Positions 12,016 to 26,103 are shown, counted from the first letter of the stretch. The stretch: DNA of 64,000 bases from Asterias rubens (GCF_902459465.1 NC_047062.1:21514001-21578000), one strand, 5' to 3'. Translations and numbers: made by a program. Notes: a model not told the origin generated them from the letters alone.

Positions 12016-15000
12016 CTGAAGAAATTACATAGTTAAGGAACTCATTTTTTTCAACTATTATTCATCTTTGACATTGTTACTTCTTCTATTGATGCACCAG
12101 CCCCTCTGCTCTCTTTTGTTCCCTCATCCATTCCTCAAACCTCACTGAAAACAAAACAAAAAACCAAGGCAATTACTTTGCCCCTTTGGCTTCACCGGAG
12201 AGGCATACAAATCGTATTAAAAGAAAAATTGGTAGAAAAAGAGGCTATTGCATGTCTTTATCCTATTTAAGAATAACAGTCATCACAATTCTAAGAACAA
12301 AAAAGGGGAATAACTAAGAAATGTCACAAAACATACACAGTGACTCAGTACTCACTTGTCAAACAACGTTATGTGTCACTAAAATCTCAGTGTACAATAA
12401 TATATCGAACAACAAACACGAAAACAATCAAAACGCCTCATGACTAACTACATGTACATGTATGCTCATCAACCCATTGCTCAGACCTGATGCTTCTCGG
12501 AGGCAACGAAGCGATTGTGTCCATGCCACCTGGTCATTGCCTTCATGCCCTTGAAATGCTCCAGTAGAAATTTACAATTTCCTCATAAGATAGGGTGCCC
12601 TTTACCAAGGAGAAGATGCCACTGTGCTCTTGCCCTTTCGAAAACAAAGCATACAGGCCTGATTGCCTATCGACTTAACAGCAGAATTATACATGTCACT
12701 ATGCAACACTAAGTAACACTTTCCCAGAAATACCACAAAAAACAAAAAACAAATCTTATAAAATTCTCCTCCTTAAAATGTCTATGATTTGATAAGTGAT
12801 GATGGATCTGATACTTCTCCTGAGCCCATGTTTGAATGAGTTGACTTTAATTACTATCGACTCGCACTCCATGGCTAATCCATCAAGATGCTCTTCATTT
12901 TGTCCAACACTCAAGTTCGTCTTCTTCTCTGAGATGTCTTGAGGCAGGAAAGAGCTGTGGTGATAACTGATGCCAATAAAGAGCTGCACCTGTGTTTTGG
13001 TTTTTACTCAATTTATGCGTTGTTATTATTTTGTTGGGCAAGTTGGTGTCTTTTAATAAGGCATATGGTTAATTGGTTATGACATCAATAAATGAATTTG
13101 TGTTGGATGAACTTGCTGATGAGAGGCGAGATCAGATTTATTAAATTTAACTGCTATTCATCAGATAAGAAGCTTTCCACTCATCACCTGTTTTTTTTCC
13201 AAAATTGTGGGGCATTCTGGACCCCAATTTCTTTCGAAATGTTTGGTCAAAACACGCTGAATAAAAACAATGTCTTTGGAATGTTTTTCACCTGGTGTTT
13301 TTTGTGTGAAATGATAATAACAATGAGTTTTGTGTATTGACCAAAATGTTCACATACCGACACACATTTGTGCGTATCGACCTGATATGCGAGCTTGTGC
13401 ATGGGGGGAAGCATGCTCATCTCAACGATATTCTAACCCTCTTTAAATAAATAAAATTATATCTTTAAGGAAAAACACCTACGTTCAGCTGATGTAAATG
13501 AAGCAGGAGTAACTTAAAAACAGGAAATGAAGTTTTACTAGGATTGCATAATTTGCATTCGACATTATGGAATTTTCTTTTTAAAATAGACACAAAAAAC
13601 AACACCTAGGCTCCCCTATTTGTCACATCGGTGTATAAGGCCCTAATCCAAATGAAGCTATTAAAATTAGGATACAAGAAAGCCCATCTGTTACATTTGA
13701 TAACTTTGATAACAGTTTTTGGCAATGCTCCTGGCACTAGTTACATCGTAATTGAAATAAAAGCTGACCTTCGAGAAGCCTTGCATATTATGTGAGTGTA
13801 AGTCAAGGGAAAATGGCAAGGATTTTTATTCATCTATTTCCCTGTTTGGAACAAAAGCCCTGCAGATTACATTGTCAGGAAAACGAGCTGACAAACAAAT
13901 CAAATCTCAAAATAAGCATTAAGAGGGTGCTAAAAAGATAAAGTTCTCCAGTATGACGATCTTTAAACCCTGTAGTGTAATCAGAGCTGTGCCTTAACAC
14001 AAGCTTAGCAATAGTAAAAACCGCTACAGGCTAGTAAACACTGCCATGCTCTTATTTTGCCTGTGGACTACTAACAACTGTCCATCTAAAATGCTCATTT
14101 CTTCCTTATCAGGTCTGGAAAATGTTTTAATTTTTAATATAGTGGTTGCATATTCATTTGACCAATAAACTGGTTATGATCATACCAAGAATACAGACAG
14201 GTAAAGTTTTGACAAAACGGGTTTGAAATTAAAATAAAAAAAAACCTGGGGCCGAGTAGCAAAAGCAAGGCCTGGTAATTTATGTGTAAATCAGGCCTGG
14301 AATTTCACGGAGTGCCTCCATTGCCCTGGTATTGGCCATGGTAAAGTGCCTTTTCCAAAATGGAAATGGGCTTGCCCTCTCGAAGATGAAATTCCAGGAC
14401 TGGTAAATCTGAGAACATTTATAGTCTCAAAGTCGAGCAAAACCCCTTAAAATTAATCCAAACAAGTCAATGTTGTAATAAGTTGCTTGAATGAGTCTCA
14501 GTGTTTCATGAGCCTGCATATTACAGACTCTGAGCTTGGCTACTCATGCGTTACTCAACATCACTCCCTGGACGTGCCACAAGATACAAACATCCAAGGG
14601 TGGGTTGAGTTCATGCTGAGGCAGGCACGTTCTCACATTTGTTATTGGGAGAAGAAAAACATCGTAAAAAAAAGCTGTTCCAAGAAAAACAGGGCCTCTT
14701 GGGAAAAAGTCTGATGGGAAAAATAGCGAGATGTGAGTGAACTTGTGCTCTTTTGTTAAATGTTTTGGCCGCAGGCAGGAGGGGGAGGGCGGCTTATCAT
14801 GCTTTTTTTCCTTCTTTTGTTTTGCAGTGTACATGTAAGTGACAGGGGATGTTTTCTATGGAGGATGCTTCAGATGTGGATGACAGCCTAATGAATAACA
14901 GTCTCTTAAAAAAAATACAAAACTTTTTTTTTTTAATTCTCTTTCCTTCAGTTTACATGTATGCAAATGACCAATGACTGGAAAATAAGTCAAAGGTTGA

Positions 15001-18000
15001 GGCCTGAGAGCCTATAGATCATTGGGGTAGATTTACCATCTTTACAGGGGTTTAATTTTTAGAATACCTATTTCCTCATCGATAACCCGAATGAAGTGCA
15101 ACAAACTTCCTTCTTGGCATGCTGGGTCTGAACCAAAGGGATCAGGAGCAGCAGCATCCCAAAGAACCCAAAGACGATGCCTGTCATTTTTAACCCACCC
15201 ACTCCAGATATTCTCTGCCACTTGTTTTTGTGTGTCCCCCCCCCCCCCAGAGGTCTTCAGATGGAATTTGTCATCAGTAAAATAACATTATGAAATGATT
15301 GCTCATCCAACTGGAATCAATCTGCAGAGATCCTGATATTCATTAGGATAATCTGGGAATGATCCGCTGGATTTACACCTCGGCAGGTGGTTTACTTAAT
15401 CCAGTGATCTCATCACGTCTTCTCTTCCGTCATGGCAACAACCTATTCCAAGCTTTATAAATGTAACACAATGAGAGGTTGACTCCAGTTGAAACAAGTC
15501 TGGTACCCGGCTGACCCAGATAAGTGTTATGTTGATAATATTTGTCCGCCAGGCTGCAAGTGTGTGGGTTTTTTTGAGGTACTAAAAACTCTGAGTTTAA
15601 GAAAAATCTGGATAAATCTCATGGGTGTTTTATGTACATATTGTAGCGGCGGTGCCGATCGATCGACTCCACTTCGGAGCAACGCTTGTGGCCCAGACAA
15701 GCCGATCGTGTCTGCTCGCCGGAGAGGGCGCTCTCTGGCTTAGGGTTTCTGTTTCGTGTAATTTTATGACTTGCTGTATGTGAATAAACCTCCAAAGAAA
15801 CGGACAGGAAAGGCAGTTAATTGTACCTTCAATTGTGTCATTAAACTGTGTACAACGCATCATGGTCAACGCTACAATATGAATCTTTCATTTCCGTTAT
15901 TCAATTTGTACCACGAGTATCTCTGCTGTATCTCTGCTGTGATGGGATCTGGTGTATTTTTAGTCTCCACAAAAAGGGCCCATCTAAATTAATCAGCTCA
16001 CATAATCCTTTGTTTAAAGCAAATTATGTGATCTGGAAATTTAATCTGATTGGCACCCAGCTCTGTTATGCTTTTTTATCTGTTCTTACTTAGCAAATAA
16101 TGTTTGTGCTTACTACCTACAATGTAATGTTATGATCACGACCCAATGTAGCCTGCAAGCATAATATCATGCTAAACACAGAATAGCCTGGCTTAGTTAA
16201 AACAAGTTACCAGCCAACATTTCACAAAATTAACATTGTTGCCACTGCTCAGCAAAGAAATTGCCTGAGCAGTATTTTGTTTCTGCTTAACAGAAAGAAA
16301 CAAATCTGGGCCCTTGAAATAAGGCTCTGCAGAAAAAAAAAATACATTAAGTAGAGCCTGGGTAGCATTAAGGGCTGATTAGAACAGTCACGCAAACATT
16401 AATCCTTCCTTAAGGGCATGGAATTAACGTGAGAGTGAATGCCAGACAGCGTCACAACCACAACTTCATCACATCTGGGCAAAAACGAGGGAAAAAATAT
16501 TGTATTTGTACTTTGGTTTCTCTGATTATCACTGACACCAATGAACAAGACTGCGAGACTGCAAAACCAATTGTAATCCACTACTGCTCCTTTGGGGTAA
16601 CTTTAGGTGCACTGGATTGTTTGATGAGAATATTTGCCAATTTGGACTTCAAAACCACAAGAAATTAATCAAGTACTTTTGCTTTTCTGTATAAATAAAC
16701 CACATTAATTCCTTAGCTGTGTCTGTGGTCTTTTACCTTTTTTTTTTTTTTTTGCTGGAGGCAAATTTACACAGGGTTCAAGCTAACTTCAATGGCTAAG
16801 CCACCACATTATGCAAATAACACCAAAGGGTTTAACTGATTGCAACCAAAGTAAATAACAGCAAAGTGGACATCCATAGACTGGACTTCCGAAGTACGTG
16901 GAACCCCTCGGGCATTGAGGCTTTTCCTTTTTTTATTTTAATTGAATTGAAAGGACAATATTTTGCAAGCCACAGAGCAGACCAGCGAACTGGTTCAGTT
17001 CGTGTGTCAGACTAAAATGGGATTTGTGACTCCAGTAGGTACTGGCCTATATCTGTAGTGAAAATCAATTTACATGCTATGTGAATGGGGTAATAATAGA
17101 GGGCTAGATGACGTGACCAGATTTCTGATGGATATTCAATGGTGATGACTTGACCTTAATTATAATGGCCCTGTCAGACATGGAGGGGCGACTTCGTATG
17201 TCATGGAAGGGTCAATTTGAAGGGGACAGTCTGTTGATCAATTAAACTAATTTAGTTTAACTGTATGTTGAATAATGTCAAAAGAGAAGAGGGTGGCAAC
17301 CTCAAAAGGGGCTTAGTGCAGTAGGCTATGGCATACATGTAGTCTGCTGACCTGGTCTTGGCCTTTGTGCCCCTTTAAAAGTTTCCAACAGAATTAAAGA
17401 TTTTCCACTCGAAAAATGAAAAACGCCCCAGCCATCTCATAAAAGGAAATGGCCTTGCCCTCTCAAAGATGAATTTCCAGGATTGTTAGTGCGAAAACCT
17501 GAAAAAGCCTGAAAAGAACCCCAAGTCAATGTATAAACAATGAACAATAAGCTACATGTATAATCCAACAAACATAAGCTATGAGTTAGTATTTCTAATA
17601 GTGGTAGCTCTTGGCCCTAGAATCCATACACACTTCTTTTTTTTAATGCAGCTGGGGAAAAACCAACCCCAAAACTCAGCAACTGTACTTGCAGAGGTGA
17701 ATAACCTTCAAACATCCAAGCAGGGTTACTGTGTCTCGCTGTTATTGTGTTCAGGTCTTTGAACTTCAGACACAATACAAACTGGCCTTGAGATCTCACT
17801 CACCATGACACGCACACATCCTCACAAAGTTTGTTTTTGTCTGATGTTGTTAAATACCCCTTCCAAGAAAAGACTGCTTAAACTTTAAAGTCCTGGCGCA
17901 GCCTTGCATTGTCCACAACATTCTAGATCTACAACGAGTCCTGTCAGTGCCATAACTGGGCGGAGCCTCCCAAACCAACCACCCCCATCCCCACTCTGAA

Positions 18001-19005
18001 CCCTTGCCCCACCCCTGACCCCAAGAAATGAGATTAAAAGAAATGCACAAATCAATTAGCCATTAAAAACCACTGATGTGTACAATAAAACTCGTCTATA
18101 CTAACTGGGCCTAAAGATTATTAAAAGTGAACGAATTAGCAGCAAAAAATGGGGGGGGGGTGGGGGTTGAGAACCATGGTAAAACTAAAGTTTTGAACTG
18201 CAGGACCTACGTGTAGTCCACCATTAAGCCTGGGCGACTAGTGTCAGAGTCGCGACTATATTATGATTGAGGCGCGGCTAGTCGAGTAGTAAATATCACT
18301 AGTCGCCCTATCTACCCAGGCCTAACCAACCAGCCCTATCCACCATGTACATGGTGTATGACTTGTAAATTGACATTTACAGCTTGTTAAAAATAAGTAC
18401 TTTACCGTGACCATGTAATAGTCATTGTAACGAGACTAATGCAAACCCAGGATGTGGAAGTGACAGTTTCTTCTTAACTAGAACAAGACACTAAATAAAG
18501 AATTCCTGACTCTTTGATGACCTACTCTCAGGAGTTTAAGACATTATTGGCCTTTGGTTAAAAGCAATGTCCACACACAAAGAATAATTCCTAATTGGAA
18601 TACACAATGTGAAGCGTCGGTAACACTCCTCAGATTTAGCGTGGGTAACGCTTCTCAGATTTACATTTTGGGTGTTATCTTTTACATTTATAACCACACT
18701 TACATATTTCTCAAAATGCTTTATTCTATCGAAAGCTGACTGAAGGTTTTCATTGCCATTAATTTTAAGAATGATTACCAACTGTGTACCTTCCCTTTAA
18801 ATGCTTTCTGAGTAACACTTCATTTCATACACATTAAACACTCAAATTCTGAGGGTTATCAGAAAAGTTTCCAACGTACTTTACCTGTAATAAATTCCTT
18901 TGGGGTAATACATTTATGATTTAGACCATCTTCGAGTCTTCACTTAAGTTTCTTCAAAAATTTTGACATACAACATTAGCGACGGGAATAAATTTCAAAG
19001 GATAC
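12016..19005 (-). other. U12-type (minor spliceosome) GT-AG intron of BRF1, ~7.0 kb
   Basis: 5' splice site GTATCCTTT (19005-18997) and branch point TTCCTTAAC (12040-12032) about 17 nt upstream of the AG; both are U12 consensus. Splicing here restores EGTP-H-MLLDL. Confidence 0.92.
12482..12661. repeat. Dispersed ~170-bp repeat with CAGGCC(TG)-like ends
   Basis: Core CCCTTGAAATGCTCCAGTAGAAATTTACAATTTCC...TGCCCTTTCGAAAAC recurs at 39680-39818, with degenerate copies near 2960, 9720, 14300, 17400, 33640 and 47400. Confidence 0.7.
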
Positions 19006-19179
19006 GGGGAGTACCTTCAGTCCTACACACCAGGTACAGACAGGCGGCTACGATGTGGCTGGTCTTTCGCCCTCTTGTGAGCTTCTTGGAGACGGCCATC
19101 TTAAAGAAGTTATAGGCTGTGTCTAGACAGTGCTGGTTCAATTGCAACTGGGCACCGAGGCCATTGATTTTGCCCTTTC
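19006..19179 (-). CDS. BRF1: BRF1 coding exon 3 (174 nt)
   Basis: Acceptor acactttacag. Encodes (G)[57 protein letters not shown], the first cyclin repeat. Ends at a U12 donor. Confidence 0.95.
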
Positions 19180-22100
19180 CTGTAAAGTGTACAAACAAAA
19201 TTGTACCAAATTGAATTAACTAATTCTTACTGTATTAATGCAGCTCTAGTATGAAATAATGCTGGCACTGAAAAACAGTGTGATTTTGAAATAACATTAA
19301 TACAGTACATGTATGTAAATTGTACACAGATTAAAGAAAAACCTGTTCTGTACATAATATTTTATAATTTGTAATGGACAAAGGTAAATCTTTGAGTAAG
19401 AATAAAGCTGCATTCTAAGAAGAGTATTCTGAAATTCGTACAGTTTATCCCTAGACCAAATATTAGACTCAACATATGATGGTTCAACAAACTTCTACTA
19501 CACCATGTGCATCTTATAGGCCCATCATAACATTACAGGTAAAGGTAAACCGTATGATTTATTATTTAGACCTCTCCAGGGTTTTAACCATGCACAACAC
19601 AAATGTTACATGTAACCTGCATGTAAGTGTGTAATTCTTGCCAAAAATGGGGTGCATACTGTACTGTGTAGGGCAAACAAATTTTGAATCCATACATAAT
19701 CTGAGAAAGGTTACTAAAAGTAACATTCTCAAATTAAATTTTTGGGGGGACAAAACCTGATACATTTTTACAAATAAACACACTTTTTTGAAGTGAAATG
19801 TTACTAAAAATACTTGCTTTAGGGGGCCTACATGTATACATGTACATCAAAAGCTACTGTAGGCTTCTATCACAAAGTTATTATCCCAAAGTAATTTTAA
19901 AAGTGATTACAAAATGTATAATACCTTCCCTTTAAACAGTAATTAATTTGCTTCACGGTTCACACTTTGAGTGTTGTTTTTTAATTGCCTAGCTTCCCTT
20001 CTACAGTAACAAAAAGAGCAGTGCAACATTATTGATGAGCTAATTAAGTTTCATTTCAATAATCCCAAATGCAAGCAGTCGATTACCAACGCTTCACAGT
20101 GCACCCATCTGACAGCCACCATTGCACTGACCTACTTATGGGTGACTTTAATTTTACCAGCAAACTTTGCCCTACAGCCAAACTGCAGACGACGTCTTCT
20201 GCATTTCCTTGGGCGCTAATTGGAAAAACGCTCTGGTGCATGAATGCATGGGGGGGGGGGGCTTGTCATATGCCAGTGTTTCCAGGCGGTTTATTTGACA
20301 AAATATCCATTTTCACGATGCATTACGTGTCGCCACCAGTTTTTTTTCAAAGTACATGTAGTGCATGGTGCTCCTTACATGCCTACGCCAACATTTTGTG
20401 TTTTGGGGAGAAAATCGTAGTTGAAGCTAACTCGTTTTTCACACTGCTGTTTCAGAGACTGCTTACATGTTTTGGGTGTTTTTTTACTCAAAATTTATAA
20501 CATTGAAATAAAGCTGACTTTCTTCATTTGTACAGAACTGTCAGAACTGTAAGTTCTCAACTCAATCTTGCAGTGTTTTATGAGTTATTTGTTTCCAAAC
20601 ACGTGTCACTTTGTGAAAATGGAAAAACTGCAAAGTATGTCGCTTCATGTATTGTAAACACTTGAAATTTAAGGCAGTGTATACTTTTAGTAATTGTCAG
20701 AGACAACTATTTTCACTTGGTGTATCTCAACATACAAGAACAAACCTGTGAAAAATTTTGCTCAATTGGTCATCAAAGTTGCAACAAAGTAATGGAAGCA
20801 AAGTTGTGTATAAAATTGTGAGCAATCAGATGCCGGTGACAATTTTTTTTACTAAACTGAGAACAACAGGAATAAAATAGTCAGGACCTTTTTTATGAAA
20901 CTACTTACACTGCGCCTTGAACACCCAGCAGGGTGGATATGTGCGCATTACAAGTCTTATAATTATTATTATTATTACTGTAAGACCACCAATGAGCAAA
21001 AAAAGGGCGAATTTGGCAAAGACAATTGCAATGGTCTGTGGATGCAAAAAAAATCTCCAAGACCAATCAATGTAATGCCTAAGGGGAGGCAGGGGGACGC
21101 TCCACAGCTGATTTTATATGGGTGTCCCAAACCACGATTAAACAAAGTACAAACTCCTGAACCGCTCAATCTTGCTTGGAGCTATCAGACAGGAGAACTA
21201 TTTCATTACGACGGAGGAAGTACGTGACTTTAATGGGTTACATGTACGTGACTTTCACAGAAGGTGTAAATTTCACACGCACGACAGACGCCAGCTGCAA
21301 ACTATATTATACTGTGAATCGTATACATGTATACACAGTATTGTACGTGTACGCAAATTCAGTGTGCTATGTAAGCTTCTAACTGTTTATTAATTAAAAT
21401 CAACCCTGGCATTTGTTTTGTGTTCATTGCATTCTGTATTACGACACATCTTTGGATGTCAATATAATGCATCAGTGATTTGTGAATGCATATTGACATA
21501 GTAGTTATTTTTAAAGAAACTAATTAGTTTGAATGCGAAAGCTCACTGAGGGTGCTGAAGCTCTTGCCAGGCTACCAGTACCAACCCTCTGCAGAAATAT
21601 CAAAATTCTGTCTAGATAGCCTATGAAGATTCCCCCCCCCCCCCAAATCAGTACATTATTGTAAACTAGGAAACAATTAAATTATAACTCCCCAACACCG
21701 ATGTTTGGACTTTAGGACGTGGTTGCTGGACATTTTTTATCCAAATGAATTGAAACCCAAATGTGCAGTCTGGTCTTGCACCCTGATAGATAGATAGATA
21801 CATAGATAGATAAAATGGTTTATTAAAAAACTGTCCTCGCAGCACAAAGGCTGAATTACAACAATTTTACATAAATTTAAAATTTGAAATTAAATAGAAG
21901 GCAAATTGGTAATAAAAAAATATATAAAAATATGTTAAATAGTTAAGCCACTCACCTAAATTTACACATATTGAAAATTGCACATTGGAATTGAATTACT
22001 TTTACTCAAAAATGGTGTGACAATACAACAAAACAACAGACAAGAATTGAAAATGTTATAATCACGAAAAGCAAGCAAAACAAAACCAATTAAAATCTGA

Positions 22101-24221
22101 ACATCAATCAGATAGTGTGTGCACTATGCATTTTGGGGACTGAAAATGGCCTCTAGTTGCAGATTGTCGCAACATACTCAATACATGTACATCTCTGTTT
22201 TAAAAAAATTTGTAAACCACATACAAACTGTACTGTACCTCATAAAAATAAAATTAACAAATAAAATATTTAAAAAGCTCAACTTTACAAGTAAAATGTT
22301 CCCTCAATAACTACCTTATCAGCAGGGTTTCAGTTCAATGCAATGACCCTTTGAATGCTGACGACCCCCCCCCCCCCTCCTCCCCCCTCTGATATTGTTT
22401 ACACTGTTAATATTCAACATCAATATCCCAAATTCACTTCCATTAAATTTGTACATGTACGTGAACACCAACAATATCTCCAACCTCAATATTGAATTGA
22501 ATGCCGGTCAACATCCCCCTTCTAAAAGTTGTCCCCTGACAGAGTTCTCCCCCCCCCCCCCCAACAAAGTAATCTTTTGTAAAGGTTTAAGCGCAGTGAC
22601 AAAGTAATTTCAGTGACGGCTTAATATTGTTTGTATGCAGCCTGATGTTTTCAGAAGAGTGAGTGATTTTGTATACTAAAAGTTAGTATACTAAAAGTTA
22701 GGGTTGAAATTTAGGACCTTGAACAGTACATTTTACAAACAGATTGTAAGTGCACAAAAATTACTGAAAATTTTAACACATAAATTATGTAGTAGCGTGA
22801 ATATACCAAAACCAAGTAATAAATTGATAAACCATGTACTTCAATTTTAAACAAGTAATATATACCATCACATCATCTGAATAAAGTTAAGTAAACAACA
22901 ACAATTAAAAGTGGGGCTCGAAATTTAAGACAACTTAAAAACAAAATAAGGTAATTAATCATCCTAACACCTCTTATAAAGTAAAGAATTTATTTTTAAA
23001 GAAGGGCTTGAAATTTGAAGATAATTTCCTGAACAAATAAAGTACATTTTAACAATTATCATTTAAAAATTTAAAAACAAGTAGGCCTGAAATAAAATAA
23101 AATATATAACCATCCTGATTCCTATCACCCCAATAAATTACTGAATAAAGTAGGGATGACTCTGTCAGTGGGTGAATTTGTTTGGAGACATTGATCTATG
23201 AGAGGGGGCAGCTTTGTAAGTGAGGGGGCAACTTTGCCAGGGGGTGACTTTGTTGTGGACGACTTTGTACATGTAGTGGGTGGCTTTTCTCGGGGTGGGG
23301 GGGGGGTTTACTGGTTTCCATTGAATTAGTGTACAAGTACACTGCCACTTTTGACTTATTACTTAGAAGATCTGTACAGTGCATGCCTAACACTAAACAG
23401 AATTGTTAAGTTGGATTTAAAGTTTTGATTGAATATCATGGAAAGCCATGAATGAGATGATAAAGGATGAGTAAAATATTGATTACTTCATCCCTAGACT
23501 AAGGCACCAATGCCTCATCCAACAAACAACAGTCAAACTGTTTGAATTAGCTGGCGCCATAAACCAACTACATCATAGGTGCGCACATTAAAATGTTTCC
23601 AATGAACCTTGGCGATTACATACTTCCATAAAGTGTAAACAGGATTCTCTCTTCCAAGGCTTTTTTTTTTCAAAATTGCGGGACATTCTGGACCCAAATT
23701 TTGAAGTTTGGCCTACATGTAAGAATACAAGGCTGAAATGGTCAAACAGTAGGAGGGTTAACCCTTCTACAGTCTGACCATTTAATATCATCAGCTGTGG
23801 TTTTGATTGATTTATGAACTACACCAGCCAATAATGCATCATGTGGTAAGTGCACCACTGTGCACAGGAAGTTACATGTGTACAGTTTGCTACACAATTG
23901 TGCCACCATACACAATACTTGTGATTAATACATTTGTATTGACCAATCACAACCCATTGCACAACCAAAAGTCTGACACTGTAAAGTCTGACATGGGTGC
24001 GCGTATGCTTGGTGCGCGCGGCAGAGTTGTGCGGAATGGCATTGGAGAGGCTGAAGTGTTCTTGCTTACACATGTGCCGTGGGCGGAGCATAATGGATCT
24101 GTGGGTGTTTTTTTTGGGGGGGGGGCAACACACCCTCAATCACATAATTGGGACATGGTAAATGTTACCAAGAGTAGGGAGGGGGTAATATAATTCTGGT
24201 GAATTGACTGAAGGTTCTTAC

Positions 24222-24299
24222 CTGTCTGAAGTGTGATGGCTCGCGACTCCTTCCCAAATCCATGTCTGAAATTACCTCCTAGAGAATGGCTTTTCCCAC
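24222..24299 (-). CDS. BRF1: BRF1 coding exon 2 (78 nt)
   Basis: Acceptor taataaag and donor G|gtaaga. Encodes (G)GKSHSLGGNFRHGFGKESRAITLQT(G); the GKESRA motif is typical of BRF1. Confidence 0.92.
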
Positions 24300-24734
24300 C
24301 TTTATTAAACGAAACAGACTTTGGTTAAAAGGGTCTGATACAAGTAAAATGTAAAATGGGGGGAACAACATCACTCAAATGATTCAGTGGATGAAAATCA
24401 CATTTCCTTTTCATGCCATTTTTTGCTGAAGTAGTCTTAACAGGTCTTGAATTAACCCACGGCACAAAGCAGCAATTGCTGTCGTGACCAGTCAGTGTGT
24501 TGCCCTTTGCAAAGTTCCAATGACAGTTTCCTAAGTAATAGGAGTGCCCCTTACAAGAAGAAAATTGTAGTGCCACTTCTAGTCTAGGTTCAAGGCCTGT
24601 CTTAACTACATACAGCAGGTAGTCTGTATTTAAAATGGGCATGCAATTAAATCTGTGAAGAACCAGAGTTTTTGTTTAATTGCAAATAATTTTTATTAGA
24701 AACAATGACTGCAGTCAAGGCATACACAACTTAT

Positions 24735-24937
24735 GACTTGTAGACAAGTCGTTAAATGTTCGTCGAGGTTATACATGTAGAGTTCCGACTCTCTCCACCA
24801 TTCCCACAACACTGGGGATAGTCTTGCGAACAGCTTCGGGCGAGAGCAGTATACGATCGCGTAGACCTTAACCAGTACGCCACCACCACAACTCGACTAT
24901 CACCGTGATCAGACCATTAACGACTTGTTCACAAGTC
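24735..24937. mobile_element. Small TIR element in the first coding intron of BRF1
   Basis: TIRs GACTTGTAGACAAGTCGTTAA / TTAACGACTTGTTCACAAGTC match 19 of 21; the interior is CpG-rich. Confidence 0.6.
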
Positions 24938-25149
24938 TACCACAAGTTCAAAACTGTCTTCCCAGAGCGCTGTCTAGTTCAGTGTTGAAAAGCATCCATA
25001 TTTCATATGAAATAATGACCAGTGAAGTCCAATTGGACTCTGTGTTATTATGAGCTAACTTGTCCTGCTGGACTAGTCACTAAAAAAGTTAAGTGCAAAC
25101 ACTGCCTCTACCCATCTAAGTGTAAAAAATCTCTATATTAAATCCTCAC

Positions 25150-25342
25150 CTTCCGAAGAAACAAATTGACCCACCACAGAGGTCCCTCCAAGGCTATTCT
25201 CCGCAAAGTTGACTTCTGAAACAATAAAGTTGTCCTCGATAACCGATCCACAGTTGACACAAACTGCGCTCCCGCGGGCCTGGTCCGTGTCTATTTCACT
25301 GCCACCACATGTTTTGCACACAATGCTCTTCGTTTTCGACAT
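25150..25342 (-). CDS. BRF1: BRF1 coding exon 1 (TFIIB-type zinc ribbon); exon starts at acceptor ~25350
   Basis: [14 protein letters not shown]...[19 protein letters not shown] is a CxxC/CxxC zinc ribbon. Donor G|gtgagg. An acceptor cttctccag 8 nt upstream of the ATG implies an upstream non-coding exon. Confidence 0.95.
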
Positions 25343-26103
25343 TTTGATTCCTGGAGAAGATATGAAAAAATAAATATGAATAGACTTAAACATATAGTTC
25401 ACAAATTCATATTGTTTAGTTTTTGTTTTAGAGTATTTGAGATTTTTTTTTTTTAAGAGTCTTTTTTGACAATTAATGTTACCAACCAGTCAAGCACATT
25501 ATTGTACCATGAAATGCTAAGTGTTTTATAAGCTCAAATTTTGGAATTTAATTTCCAAATCACGCCACCACTTTTTTACTAATTTTTACAAAAAGAGATA
25601 TCTCTTTGAGGTACATTAGATACTATCTTATTTCATATTGAATGAAAAAGTGGTGGCGTGATGACAAAACTTTTCCCAAAGTTTCATACAAACAGAAACT
25701 TCCGTCCCCAGTCAATATGGAAATCAATGACTGTTACATAATCAACAACCCATAATGGATCATCAACGGTCACATGACCACATGGTTTTCGCTGGGGACT
25801 AGTTAGCATGTTTAGTATGACCGCAGATGTCAATTTTATTGGGGGAAAGGAGTACTATTGCTGCTTACCCTCCAACATGCCTGGTGATGCTCATGTTTGT
25901 TGTTTGTTTGAATAATCTTCCCATCAAGGGAACTCAATAAACTCCCACAAAGGGATTTAAACACCAAGCTGGCAACAGCCAATCTCTCTCATACAAACAT
26001 TGGTTTAACATCTATGATTATAAATTACAGACGTACACAAATCAAAAAATTGTGATTCAGTAACTAGACGACAATATTTATTCTAGTCGTTGTGAAATCA
26101 GCG

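Noticed and set aside
14828-14834. Plus-strand 7-nt microexon (ttttgcag|TGTACAT|gtaagt)
   Set aside because: No plus-strand gene to host it, and the signal is partly created by the ubiquitous TACATGTA motif.
17850-18050. ORF containing EAPPSYGT, superficially like the BRF1 DPPSY motif
   Set aside because: The true DPPSF exon is at 124-250; this match is out of order and has no flanking similarity.
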